Source of the DNA: Camelus ferus
Taxonomy: Eukaryota
Length of the DNA: 64,000 nt
Direction of reading: 5' to 3'
Assembly (NCBI RefSeq): GCF_009834535.1
Contig: NC_045696.1
Location: forward strand, 81,098,001 to 81,162,000
Every line of letters begins with the position of its first letter. Position 1 is the first letter of the stretch. A program made the position numbers and the translations under genes. The notes under the pieces were generated by a model. It saw nothing but the letters and a program-made list of their open reading frames with translations, was not told the DNA's origin and ran no database searches. This document shows positions 1 to 10,690 of this stretch, piece after piece.

Positions 1-529
1 AATAGTGGCAAAATTACAGTGAAAGTAAATTTTACAATTAGTTTAGGACTGAATGTTGGAATACAGACTCCCTGAGGGTGGGGACCAGCTCTGCTCCTTC
101 TGTGCAGCCCCAGAGGTCAGCACCAGGCGTATCTCACCAACACTTATTAAATGCTGGTTGAAATTAAAATGTTCTCAAGTCAGGCATGAATAAGTTAATT
201 AGTCAGCACATATTGAGGACAAGTTCTGGGCATAAATCGCTGAGGTATTTGGCTACCTGGAAGTGTGTTATAATTCTCCATTGGAACGACTGACACTAAA
301 AGTCATTTTGATTTTACTGCCTCTTCTTGAGTCAAAACACACAGGATAGCCAGCCTCCGGGTAAGTGGCACTGACTTCTGTTGCCAGAAAATGAAAAATG
401 AGTGTTTCTCCTTATGCACTAGCTACTAAAAACTTGCAGTCACATTCAGTGCCTGAGCTTTGAAATCAATTCATTTCAAAAAATAGATAACCCGGTCTCC
501 TACTGATGGAATCATAATAAAATCCACAA

Positions 530-720
530 CAGCCATCCATTAAGTGCTTAGTGTATGTTGGACACGGTGCATCACCTTATTTGATTCTCATGCCAACTGA
601 GAAAGATTGCAGTGTTCTCCCCGTGTCACAGGTTAGGAGAACTGGAGGTTAAGAGCCTGACCTAGGACCACACAGCTATCGAGTAGGGGTGTTGGGATTT
701 GAACCAGGGCTTCTTTCAAA
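530..720 (-). mobile_element. MIR SINE (degenerate)
   Basis: Reverse-complement MIR core: ...gaggttaagag...cctaggaccacacagcta...gggatttgaaccaggg. Confidence 0.7.
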
Positions 721-771
721 AGGTCTTTATTCTTTCATCCTTAGGTAGTGATCTGGGGCCATGTTTGTGTA

Positions 772-1326
772 TTTTTAAAAAACAGTTTAATTGAGAGAGA
801 ATTCATATACCATGCAGTTTCTCCATTTGAAGTATGTAATCCAGTGGGTTTTAGTATATTCACAGAGTTGTATAGCCATCATCACAGTTAATTTTAGAAC
901 ATTTTCATCACCCCGAAAAGAAACCTCTTACTCATTATAGTCAATTCCCATTTCCCTCCAACACCCTTCTCACTCCAGCCCTAGGCAACCATTAATTTAC
1001 TTTCTGTGTCTAGATTTGCCTATTGTGGACATTTCATAAAATTAGATTAATATCATATGTGGTCCTTTGTGATTGGCTTCTTTAGCGTAAAAGTTGCAAT
1101 ATCCATTCATTGTTGGGATTCCATTCCGTTTTGAATAATACACCATTGTATGGATATACTACATTTTGTTTATCCGTTCATCAGTTGATGGACATCTGGG
1201 TTGCTTTCACTTTTTGGCTGGTATGAATAATTCTGTTATGAACATTCGTGTGCAACTTTTATGCGGACATATGTTTTCATTTCTCTTGGGTATAGACCTA
1301 AGGGTGGAATTACTCGGTCAGATGGT
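772..1326 (-). mobile_element. Old L1 3' end fragment (L1MB-like)
   Basis: Typical antisense L1M 3'UTR text: ttaattgagag...tagtatattcacagagttgt...ccagccctaggcaaccatt...ccattgtatggatatactacattttgtttatcc...gatggacatctgggttgc. Confidence 0.9.
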
Positions 1327-1494
1327 TTGGGCCATGTTTTAGTCTCTGAAGGTTTTGTAGGTCATTTTGGAAATCACCAGAGTTCCCCAAATACATTGAG
1401 GTAACAGAATACAGAAGAGCTACCCAAAAGTATGCATATTTCTAAAATTTAATAATCTTGTTCCTTTCTCTGTCCCACATAGGAACACTCAATG

Positions 1495-1640
1495 GAATTA
1501 CAGAATCTTAGAATTGGAAAGCAAGTGAGAGGTGGCCTAGTCTGACTGCTCTGTTACAGAGATGAGAAAGCTAAGCTCAGAGCCTCACTTCCCAGGATTG
1601 TGCAGCTGGGTAGTGACCAAACCCATGGCCTCTTTTTCTC
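1495..1640 (-). mobile_element. MIR3/MIRc-like SINE fragment
   Basis: cagaatcttagaattggaaag...ctagtc...tacagagatgagaaagctaagctcagag. Confidence 0.6.
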
Positions 1641-1989
1641 CCAGGGCTTGATTTCCACCGGCTTATCCTCTCAGAGAGGGAGCAGTTCTTAGAAATGAGG
1701 CTCAGTTGCTGAAGGAAAGATGCTTTGTATATTGTTTGCCTCTGGCTGAAATCTATCTGGAGTGACATTCTGGAACTAGGTCATTGTAATTCTTTGGGAT
1801 ATGCTATGTGGCCTTGGAGAAAGCTTGCCGTGCAAAACATTTTGATTATAGGAAGGGGGTGCATGAGACCCCAGCAAAGGCAGTGGTCTTGGAGATGGCC
1901 ACAAAGGATATTAGTAGTAAAAGAAAGATAATTGTTGAAGCTCAGCAAGCAGTCTGATTTCAGTAAAGTAGAATGTGGAATGTTTCAGA

Positions 1990-2590
1990 GCCTGATGATC
2001 CAGGACATTTACAAATGTCAAGATTCACAAATGGAAATGGAAATTAAAAAAGCAAGGTGTGAGATGAAAAGCAGAAAGTTAAATGATTTTTAAATGTTAT
2101 AACACCTTTCACAATACTGGAATCAATTCAATAAGTACTAAAGAAATAAGCAACTGTAAAATTTCTCATTGAAGAGGGTGAGTGAAGATACAGTCGATGT
2201 GAATGGGGAAAGGTGTATAAATCATGATGTGGGGACGATTTGGTGAAATAAGCTTTGTTAGCAGAGTATTCAGAAGATCATACTAAATGTTCGTAATGCC
2301 ATCTCAATTTGAAATAAGGTGTGATACTGACTTATTGAGTCACGTTGAATTTTTATACATGGAAAGAATGTCTTGATTTTCCAATGTCTTCAAAAATATT
2401 TTTTTAAGATCTGAAGGGTAGTTTTATTGTTAAACATTTCATGAAATATATAAGAGGCTTGGCAATTGAATGAAAGTTGCAAAATATGAAAGATACATTA
2501 GTTCTTCAATATCTTTTGTAGCACAGAGAGATTCAGGATCATGTAAAAATTCAAGCAAATTAATAGTCATCACACAGTCTAAAGTACAGT
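1990..2590 (+). mobile_element. Possible ancient LINE (CR1/L3-like) remnant
   Basis: Purine-rich; aatgtcttcaaaaatatt...ctgaagggtag resembles the CR1 3' motif GTCTTCAAATATCTGAAGGG. Weak match. Confidence 0.25.
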
Positions 2591-2599
2591 AATTTAAAA

Positions 2600-2715
2600 A
2601 ATTCAACAACCACCTTTTATCTACATACTGTACGTGAGGCATTATGTTAGCCTCAAGGAATGCCAAGGTTAACCAGGTATCATTTCTACTTTCAAAGAAT
2701 TTACAATTTAGTGGT
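2600..2715 (-). mobile_element. L2 3' end fragment
   Basis: attcaacaac...tactgtacgtgaggcattatg...caaagaatttacaatttagtgg resembles the antisense L2 tail. Confidence 0.55.
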
Positions 2716-3119
2716 TGAAGTAGTATTTAACAAGAAGTATACTAAATGTTAACGGTGAGAGAGAAAGGAGAGGGAGAGTAGAGTGAGAGGGAGGAAGAGA
2801 GAGGGAGAAACGCACAAAAAGAATAATAGAAATGTAAAAGGCAGACAGGCTTAGGAAATACAGATTGCATCTTGTAAATAAGGATTTACAAGGCCTGTCT
2901 CCTCCAATTAGCATTAAAGATGCCCTGTGGAGGCTAAGCCCTGTTGAACTCAGGATACAGATCTCACTGTGACCAGATGTATGTAACTGGAGAAGGACAT
3001 GATTTATACAGAAAATACATAATAATACTTGTAGGGGTGACTGATGCTAAATTGGATCTTGGCTTTAAGTAAAATAGAGTAAATAGGTGCAGCTGATAAA
3101 GCTTTTGTAAACTACGCAG

Positions 3120-3430
3120 TCCATATTCAACTTTCTAGTTTCTCAGTTTTATAGCTATGTTTACCCAATCCAGGATCAAACCGAGTGTTGTATTTTATTT
3201 TATTTTTAATCTAGGAGAGCCTTCCTGTCTTGTTTGTTCTTTCTGGCATAATTTTTTTTAGAAGTCCTGACCAGTTGTCTTGTGGAATGTCCTGCATTCT
3301 GGACATGTGATGATTCTCTTATAATTACTTTCAGGTTAAATATTTTTAGCAAGGATACTTCATGGTCAATGTTGAGTAGTTATTATTGCATCAGATTGGA
3401 GCATGTGATGTCACATTGTTCTCTTCTCAC
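3120..3430 (-). mobile_element. Old L1 (L1MC/ME-like) 3'UTR fragment
   Basis: atccaggatc...gaagtcctgaccagttgtcttgtggaatgtcc...ttcaggttaaatatttttagcaaggatacttcat. Confidence 0.65.
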
Positions 3431-3827
3431 TTGATGAATGCCAATTTACTGTCATATATACAAAATCCAAGAAATGACTTGGACCTCTTTGCAGAAGGCT
3501 AGCCTGAGGCATGTGATGGAATTGCCTTAGGCAGTGAGAGGCCAATTGGTGGGGGTAGAAGAGTTGTGTTGGTCATTAATCTGTTATCAACTGAATGGCG
3601 TTAGATCCAGTGACAGAACCTATTTGTAACAGTTGAAATCGTGGTTGTTCTGGTCCCAGGGATTCTGCCTACTGGTTCTATGTCCCATCCATAGCACTAA
3701 TTTTTCTTCATACCTGTCCTAGTTGTGAGATTGGGTTTTGTTCTTTTGGTTTCATGTGTAAGAATCTTTTCAGATTGGAAGAAGTAGAGGTTTTAAACGG
3801 AGAAATTTATAGGCTGTGTTCCCTCGT

Positions 3828-4220
3828 TCAACGTGTATTCATTGGGAGCTTCCTATTATCAGGCATTATTCTAAGTGCTGGTGAACTATACAAAGATCTG
3901 CCCTCCTGGGAGCTTACGTTCTAGTGGGGAGACCATTTATGAACAGAGAAAAATCTGTCAGATGCCAAATAGTGTTAAGTACTTTGATGAAACAGGATGG
4001 AAAGTGGTTACAGAGTATGTGGGGGATGTTGATGAGATGAGATGGGCTAAGGGTCTCTCCGAAGTGGTATTTATACAGAGGTGTGAATGACCTGGGGCAG
4101 TAGGCATGGAATGCCCCCTGAATAGGTGTTCAGATGGAGCATCCTCTGCATGACAGGAAACTGGTGGGGCAGCTGGAGGGCAGTGAGTGAGGGGAGCCTG
4201 GCAGAACACTGGCTGTGTTG
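3828..4220 (-). mobile_element. L2 LINE 3' fragment
   Basis: ttcaac...caggcattattctaagtgctgg...ggagcttacgttctagtggggagac is the antisense L2 tail pattern. Confidence 0.8.
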
Positions 4221-5159
4221 GAAGAGTATTCAAATGCGGCCCCTCCTAAGTATGGTAACAGGAAATTCCTGCAGGCTGGAGCTGTGTACACCTATCTTCC
4301 TGCAAGAAAACCCTGAAAATGGCTAGTGTGAAAATAGACTTTGAACTGAGGTCTCCGACTTAGTCTCATGTGGTATAAAACTGCATTACATACCATTCGA
4401 CAATTTCCCTTTACATTCCTGTCTCCGAGGTGCTAGTACGGGTACTTTAGCCAGAATACAAATTAGCAGTGGGTTCCATTCTTTCCAGCTGGGCATCACT
4501 TTGTAAAGATGTGCAGATGGTTTTAAATCCTGTGGTGCCGTAAAAGAAGCAATGAACTAGGAGTTGGAAGATTCGAACCATCGAACTGGCATGTGGGAAA
4601 GCTCTTGAACCTGAACCTTCCTGAGCATTCCCATTTATCACACTGAGATTAGCCCTCTGGGTGTTTGATGGGGCTGCTGGAAAGATGGAAGGGGATGATG
4701 GATATGAATGCGCTTTATAAGCTGTGATGCACTCTGCAAGTCTAAGGTATTATTATCATTTAGACCTTTATTATAGTTTCACTAAACAGAAGCAGTCTAT
4801 TATCTACCTCTCATTTGAAAGGGGAATGACAAATAGTTACTTCAAGGTAAAATGCTTCTCAAAGAGCAGAATCTGATCAGTGCACCTTAAAGGACCTAAT
4901 GAATTATTCAGCTGTTCTTCAAACTGGCATATCCGAAGTAAGGAAATGATCACTTTTCACTCCCATTTCAGCCTCCTGGAAATCAGCATGCTCAGTATGA
5001 GATCCTATCTGGAGAATCTTCTTGAGTTTCAGTGCCCGATTATAAAACTAGGAATAGCTTCGTGTTTCTGGGAGAAATGGAAATTTGAGACGGATTGGTG
5101 CATCTAAATGAGGCAATTGGCAACCTTCATTGAGTGTCTAACATAGATAGGTGGAAAGA

Positions 5160-5205
5160 TGGCTGGCTAGCTGGCTGGCTGGCTGGATGGATGCATAGGT
5201 AGGTA
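5160..5205. repeat. Degenerate tetranucleotide microsatellite (GGCT)n/(GGAT)n/(AGGT)n
   Basis: tggctggctagctggctggctggctggatggatgcataggtaggtag. Confidence 0.8.
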
Positions 5206-5267
5206 GACAGAGAAATAGACTGTTGGTGCTCTGGAGGATAGAAATGTGCATGAGAAATGGATAGTGA

Positions 5268-5490
5268 TAATAATTATAGTTGACATTACTAAGCACTTAT
5301 ACGTCCCTGGCAGGAATCCTCCCCCAAACCACAGAAGGCAACTAGTATTATTACCCCAGTTTATAGGGGAAGAAAGTACTACTTAGAGAGGTTAAGTAGC
5401 TGGCCCAAGCTCACAGCGCTGGAAGATTGCAGAGCTGGGGTGTGACTTCAGATGGGCCAACTGCAAACCTGTACCCTTAACCACACATGC
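5268..5490 (-). mobile_element. MIR SINE
   Basis: tattattaccccagtttatag...agagaggttaagtagctggcccaagctcacagc...gcagagctggg. Confidence 0.85.
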
Positions 5491-5658
5491 TCTCTCAAGT
5501 TGTGTATGGACTCACTGCAGGGAGAAGAGTGTTCTCTAAGGGAAGTTACACAGCAATACTGAACCATGTATATGTGCAGTAGAGAGGAGAAGGCTGTATC
5601 TATAGGAATTTAGAGGAGCAGGAGAATGGATTACTTGGAGCAGAACTGGTCATGGGGG

Positions 5659-5981
5659 GTATCAAGTTTGTTTAGGCTGGTGTAAGCAAACACCACAGGT
5701 TGGGTAGCTTATAAACAACAGATATGCCTTACCCTGAGCTGAGGGCACCAGCGTTGGTGAGGGCTCTCTTATCAGTCATAGACTTCTAGCATCTTCCCAT
5801 GATGAAAGGGACAAGGGAGCCTTCTGGGCTTTCTTTTTCTAAGAGCACTAATCTCATTCATGAGGCCCATTCTCTTGACCTAGTCACTTCCCCAAAGGCC
5901 CACTTCCTAATATCATCACCTTGGGGGTTAGGATGTCAACGTATGAATTTTGGCAAGGACATGAACTTTCAGAGCGTATCA
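5659..5981 (-). mobile_element. MaLR solo LTR (MLT1A-like)
   Basis: cccaaaggcccacttcctaatatcatcaccttgggggttaggatgtcaacgtatgaattttgg...gacatgaactttcag is the reverse complement of the MLT1A 5' end; ggtagcttataaacaacaga lies near the other end. Confidence 0.85.
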
Positions 5982-6679
5982 GGAGGATTTTTGGAAGAGG
6001 GGTCCCTTGAGCAAGGACTTGGAAGATGGAGGGGACTGGAATGGGTGAAAATGAACAGGAGCTGGTGCTCTGGGGAACCGGCCAGTGCAGATCCAGAGGT
6101 GGGAAGGAGAGAGGCACATGTGGCCAGGGACAGGTGGGCTGAGTGGCCCTGTCTTTCCTAAAAGGAGAGTTCCAGATGAGGCCTAAGGGAAGACAGGGTT
6201 AGAACAGAAGCCGGAATCTCTGCTGCTTGGCAGAGGTGGCCAGACCGCACGCAGAGCCTGGATTTTTACTCTGTTAACATTGAAGATCCTGGTCGGAGGC
6301 CAGCTAGTGATTTAATGAGAGCTGTGTGGGAAGAGGACTTCATTTGGAATCAGACGTAAGGACCTACTGGAGTTGATAAGATTGGGTATGAGTCAAAATA
6401 TATTTTTGTATGATGTTATTATATGTTTATGTATCTCGAGGGAAAAGGAAAATCTAACTTTTTCCTTGAATTACAGACAAGGGCACCACACACTCTCTGA
6501 GTTACGCCCGGTGCACGTGCAAAGGCGGGACGGGGCTGTGGAGAGGGAGCCCTTCTCTAAGGCACAGGCTCCCTGCTGAGCTGGGCAAGGGGTGTTCCAG
6601 TCCCTGATGCCTCTAGGTTTCCTCCTCATTCCTGTGATTCCTTTTTGTTAGCCTGACCGGGCTCCTTTTGGCCTGCATA

Positions 6680-6835
6680 ATAAAAATAGCTATCGTGTGT
6701 TGAAAACCGATTCTGGGAATTCACAGCAACTGAAAGAATTCAGAGTTATCTCTGTTTTGCTGGTAAGGAAACTGAGGCTGAGAGAGGTTAACAACTGAAG
6801 ACACATAACCAGTACAGTAATTGGTGGGGTTGGGA
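6680..6835 (-). mobile_element. MIR SINE fragment
   Basis: gtaaggaaactgaggctgagagaggttaa core. Confidence 0.7.
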
Positions 6836-6919
6836 GAACTCCTGTTTCTTCTTCTGCACTTGTGGTAGTTCAGAGTTTGGACTTCATTGTTGGCCAGTCC
6901 TGCCCTCGCCCCCCCCCTT

Positions 6920-7030
6920 GCTTGCTAAGTGCTTTTGGGCAGGTTATTAAACGTACTGGTGCCTTATTTTCCTCATTTGTAAATGGGGATAGTCCTAGTG
7001 TCCACCTGGCAAATATTATAAGGGCTCAAT
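6920..7030 (+). mobile_element. MIR SINE fragment
   Basis: ttgggcaggttattaaac...gccttattttcctcatttgtaaatggggatag. Confidence 0.7.
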
Positions 7031-7863
7031 TCATAGCTTTTTGATGATTAATGTTTTATTATTATTTTCTCTCACCAAATGCTTCTATTGGCTGTAACTT
7101 TCTGGTGCTCAGAAAAAGGCTTCAATCCTGGCACAAAGGAAAAAGGAACATCTTTGGAAATTCATTCCAGTTTGTGCATATTAATTTGAAAGCTCTAATT
7201 AAGCTGTCTTTTTTTTCCTTGGGATTTTCTTAACCCAGTTTCCCCGTTGATGCTGCCCACAGTGGTCATAAGCTGCTGCTCCGTGTTGAACTCTGGCTAT
7301 TAAAGCCAGCGAAGCAAGAAGGCCTTGATGTTGCCTCACTGTCATGCGGTCCTGACTTGTCCTCAGCGGTTGAGAACTGCCTCTCTCCCCAAAGTGAAAA
7401 GAGTTACTAGAGCTTGTCCTACCTTATTTTGACCTCGAGCAGCAAGGACAAACTCAAGTCTCCTCAAGATGGTTTGAGATTTCTGAAGAAGTCACTCAGC
7501 AAATTTGAAACAGGCTATTATATAACCAGACAAGCCTGGCAGAAAAGCTACCTACTTGGTTGCAGTTAGCAGGAAGGGGGAAGACAAAGGATTCAGAGAG
7601 AACCAATCCCCACAGGGTTTGCTAGTCATCTAAAACTGAAAACTCCTCGCCTTGTCCTTTGTGTGTTCTAAGGCCTGGAATGCCGGGGATATTCATTAAG
7701 GAGTCACTGGTGGGGATAAGCTTTGGTGTCATTGCTAAGTTGGCCTTTCTAGGAGTTACTTCTTTCTTGCCTGGGTTCATTTTTAAAATTTTAATTTAAT
7801 TTCTTTAATTGATTACAAGTTGAAATCCTGTTTTGAATCTATTGACTTAAACAATATGCATTC

Positions 7864-7992
7864 TTTTTTTGGTGGGGGGAGGAGGTAATTAGGTTTATCT
7901 ATTTATTTAGTTTTAGAGGAGGTACTGGGGATTGAACCCAGGACCTCGTGCATGCTAAGCACGCACTCTACCACTGAGCTACACCCTCCCCC
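7864..7992 (-). mobile_element. tRNA(Ala)-derived SINE, camelid vic-1-like
   Basis: Minus strand reads GGGGGAGGGTGTAGCTCAGTGGTAGAGTGCGTGCTTAGCATGCACGAGGTCCTGGGTTCAATCCCCAGTACCTCC..., with Pol III A box (TAGCTCAGTGG), B box (GGTTCAATCCC), an AT-rich body, CCTAATTACCTCC and an A tail. Confidence 0.85.
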
Positions 7993-8599
7993 CTTGCCTG
8001 GCTTTAATGAGCAGTTTTTGTATACAGATATATTCTCTAATACTGGTAAGATTGAGTTCTAGTTTTAATGTAAAATTACCCAGAGTCTTCCTGCTCACCT
8101 CAATGACTATTCACAACAGGAATTCAAACACAAGTTTGCTTTGCTAATGTTCTGCAAATCTGTTTGTCCTGTACTAATTATCCATTCATTTCCACTTGGA
8201 AGACCAGCAGAAGATGAGCAGTGAAGTCTTAAGCAATCAAAATTTGAAACGAAATCTATTGCACCTTCATGAAAATACTAATGACATTTTTTGTAAACCC
8301 AGAAGACATTAAAACACTTGCAATAAATATGTAAATTTGATGATTGCCAGTGATTAGAGCCAATTCTTCTACCTCTCTTTCTTTCTAATAACTTCCCCAG
8401 CCCTAGAGATTGGCAGTGAAATGAAAACACTGTAAATAGCTAACTCGCACAGTTGACCAATGCCTCTTCCAATCTCCCAGCACTAAGATTATGATGTCCT
8501 GGGGGCGTGAGCACTTGCAAGTGCGCAAGTCTGATCCCCCGGCGCTCACTCTGCCGTCAGCCCTTTGTTTGTGATGGAGACCATGCAAGGCTCTCTGAG

Positions 8600-9058
8600 C
8601 ATGGTGTGTTAATGCTGGCTTCAAATTCACAGCTCCTGTACCTTCTTCCTTTTGAATTCGAGTGGGTTTGTTGACTGCTTTGCCTTGTAAAATATGACAA
8701 AAGTGACTCTGTGCCAGTTATTTGGGCAAAGGCTGCAAGAGAATTCAGCCTCCACTTGTTGTGTATTGGAGCACTTGCTCTGTGGGAAGCCAGCTGCCCT
8801 GTGAGAAGTCCGAGTTCTCTGGGGCGACCATGCTGTGAGGAAGCTCGGGAGACTTGTTTGGAGAGGTTGCGTGGAAAAGAGATGCCAACCAACCATCTCC
8901 GCGAGATGCCAGGTGTGAGTGAGAAGCCTTTGGGTGATTCCAGCTTTAGCTGGGAAGAGCGAGCCCCTAGAACCATGAAAGATAATAAAAAAAAAGATGT
9001 TATTTTAAGCCAGTAAGTTTTGGGGTAATTAGTTATCCAGCAGTAGATAACCAGAACG
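8600..9058 (+). mobile_element. MaLR solo LTR (MLT1G/H-like)
   Basis: aagtgactctgtgccagtt...gccagctgccctgtgagaagtccg...ccatgctgtgaggaagc...gtgagtgag...aataaa...ttttaagccagtaagttttggggtaattagttatccagcagtagataaccagaac. Confidence 0.85.
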
Positions 9059-10489
9059 AGGAAGTGTTTTTTTATTCTTTACTGTTGGAGGAGAAAAGAT
9101 TCTTTGATGATCCAGAATTCGGTATTTCTGTTTCTATAGCCAGTCCTGGGACCTCTTTAGGCTGATACTACCAGGGTTCTTTTGAGTTTCCTAGAGAACC
9201 AGAGACCCCTGTGTAAATTACTGCTCCTTATCCAGATTTTAATTTCTTTTTATTTAACTTCACCCTACTTGTTTGTACAAAACTGTGGTGACTATCAATT
9301 TCCATTCCTCTGGCATGACGTCCATGCAAAGCTAGTGCTGCCCTGGCCAGAAGAAACACTGGGACAGGTCGATATTGGCAGAAAGGAGGGAGTAAAAATG
9401 ATTAGAAATTAAGAAAAAATGCTGCTTGTGCTAAAAAATGGAGAGAGAGAGAGAAAACTCCAGAAGTTAGGCGTTTGATTTTTTTTTTTTTTAAGATTTG
9501 CCATGAATGAAAAGACAATTCAGAGTGACTAGCTTCCTCTGAAACCCCATGTGGCGTGTGAGGTGTATAGGGGACCACAGGATAAGGTCCCATCCTAGGC
9601 TTTGTCTAAGTCCATCAAGTTCATCATCTCAACCATATGCACAAGGTGGGTTGTGGAGACCTTTTGGGGAGTCTGTTTATTTTCAACAGCTTGGAGTTGA
9701 AGACCATAAATTTACATGGGGCCCTTCTATGAGTCAGTTAGTGGAAATACATATCAGTAAAATAATGTTAGTACCTTTCAGATTTAGTGTTTAGCTTTTT
9801 TCTTTTCATCCATAGGTGTTGGTAGATCGAAGTCATGTTGTCCTCCAGGCAGAGAAAGTACCCAGCACTTTGCTGGGTGTTGAGGATTGTAAGGCAAGTG
9901 TCACTGCAGAGGAACTCACAGTGCTTTTGTTCTTGACTCTCATTTTTGCTTGTTTATTTTTTCTGTTTTCAGTCCCACTATTTGTTTTACAAATATCCAG
10001 CTCCTTTTGGATCTTGGTGCAAGGATAAGCGGGTATCAAGTTGTTGCCTGTTAGTATTTGTCTTTAGCATTTCATATTCTGGTTTTCTCAAATTTTACCC
10101 CGGAGTATGAGAACAGAAATAAAAGCATTAATTAAAAGCACGAAATGAAAATGAAAATAGCTATAAAGCACAGTTTGGTCCCCCTTGGAGGATACTAATA
10201 TAAAAGTGTATCAACATTTAGCAGTAAACAGTGGGGGACACAGAAACTGCCTAAGAGATACTTCTGACTCGTACTCCATGAAATTCAGTTGTGTGGGAGA
10301 AGTGCTGATTGGTGCTAACAACAATATTTCCTAACATTGGCATATCGATTTCAAGCTTTCATATACAGTCGCCTTCATCAGTTTGCAGTCAAGGAGAGTG
10401 AAATTTAGAGATGTTTCTCTGGCCATCCTACTGGTCTGGGTTCTGCCAGAGGGGAGGTAAGGGGAGGTGGAAGAGGGCTGGTACGTGTT

Positions 10490-10690
10490 CTATGTCTGGT
10501 GCGTGTCAGAATATTTAATATGTCACTTCATTTATTGTCACAGCAACCCCCTGAGGTAGGTACTGTTACTGTCCTCATCTGCCCATCGAAGGAACTGGGG
10601 CTTGGGAAGGTGAACACAACTGAGGTAGCTGATGACGGCCAGAGCCAGATTTCATCCAGATCTGCCTGCTTTCTGGTGTCCTCTGTCCCA
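10490..10690 (-). mobile_element. MIR SINE
   Basis: tcacagcaaccccctgaggtaggtactgttactgtcctcat...cagagccagatttcatccagatctgcctg. Confidence 0.75.

Noticed and set aside
7918..7992. Possible tRNA-Ala gene on the minus strand
   Set aside because: The tRNA-like head is fused to a SINE body and A tail, so it is a SINE and not a functional tRNA.
8511..8524. Perfect 14-bp palindrome GCACTTGCAAGTGC
   Set aside because: About 64000/4^7, roughly 4, such palindromes are expected by chance in this window.
8557..9016. Overlapping 89-139 aa ORFs
   Set aside because: They lie within a MaLR LTR, which is non-coding.
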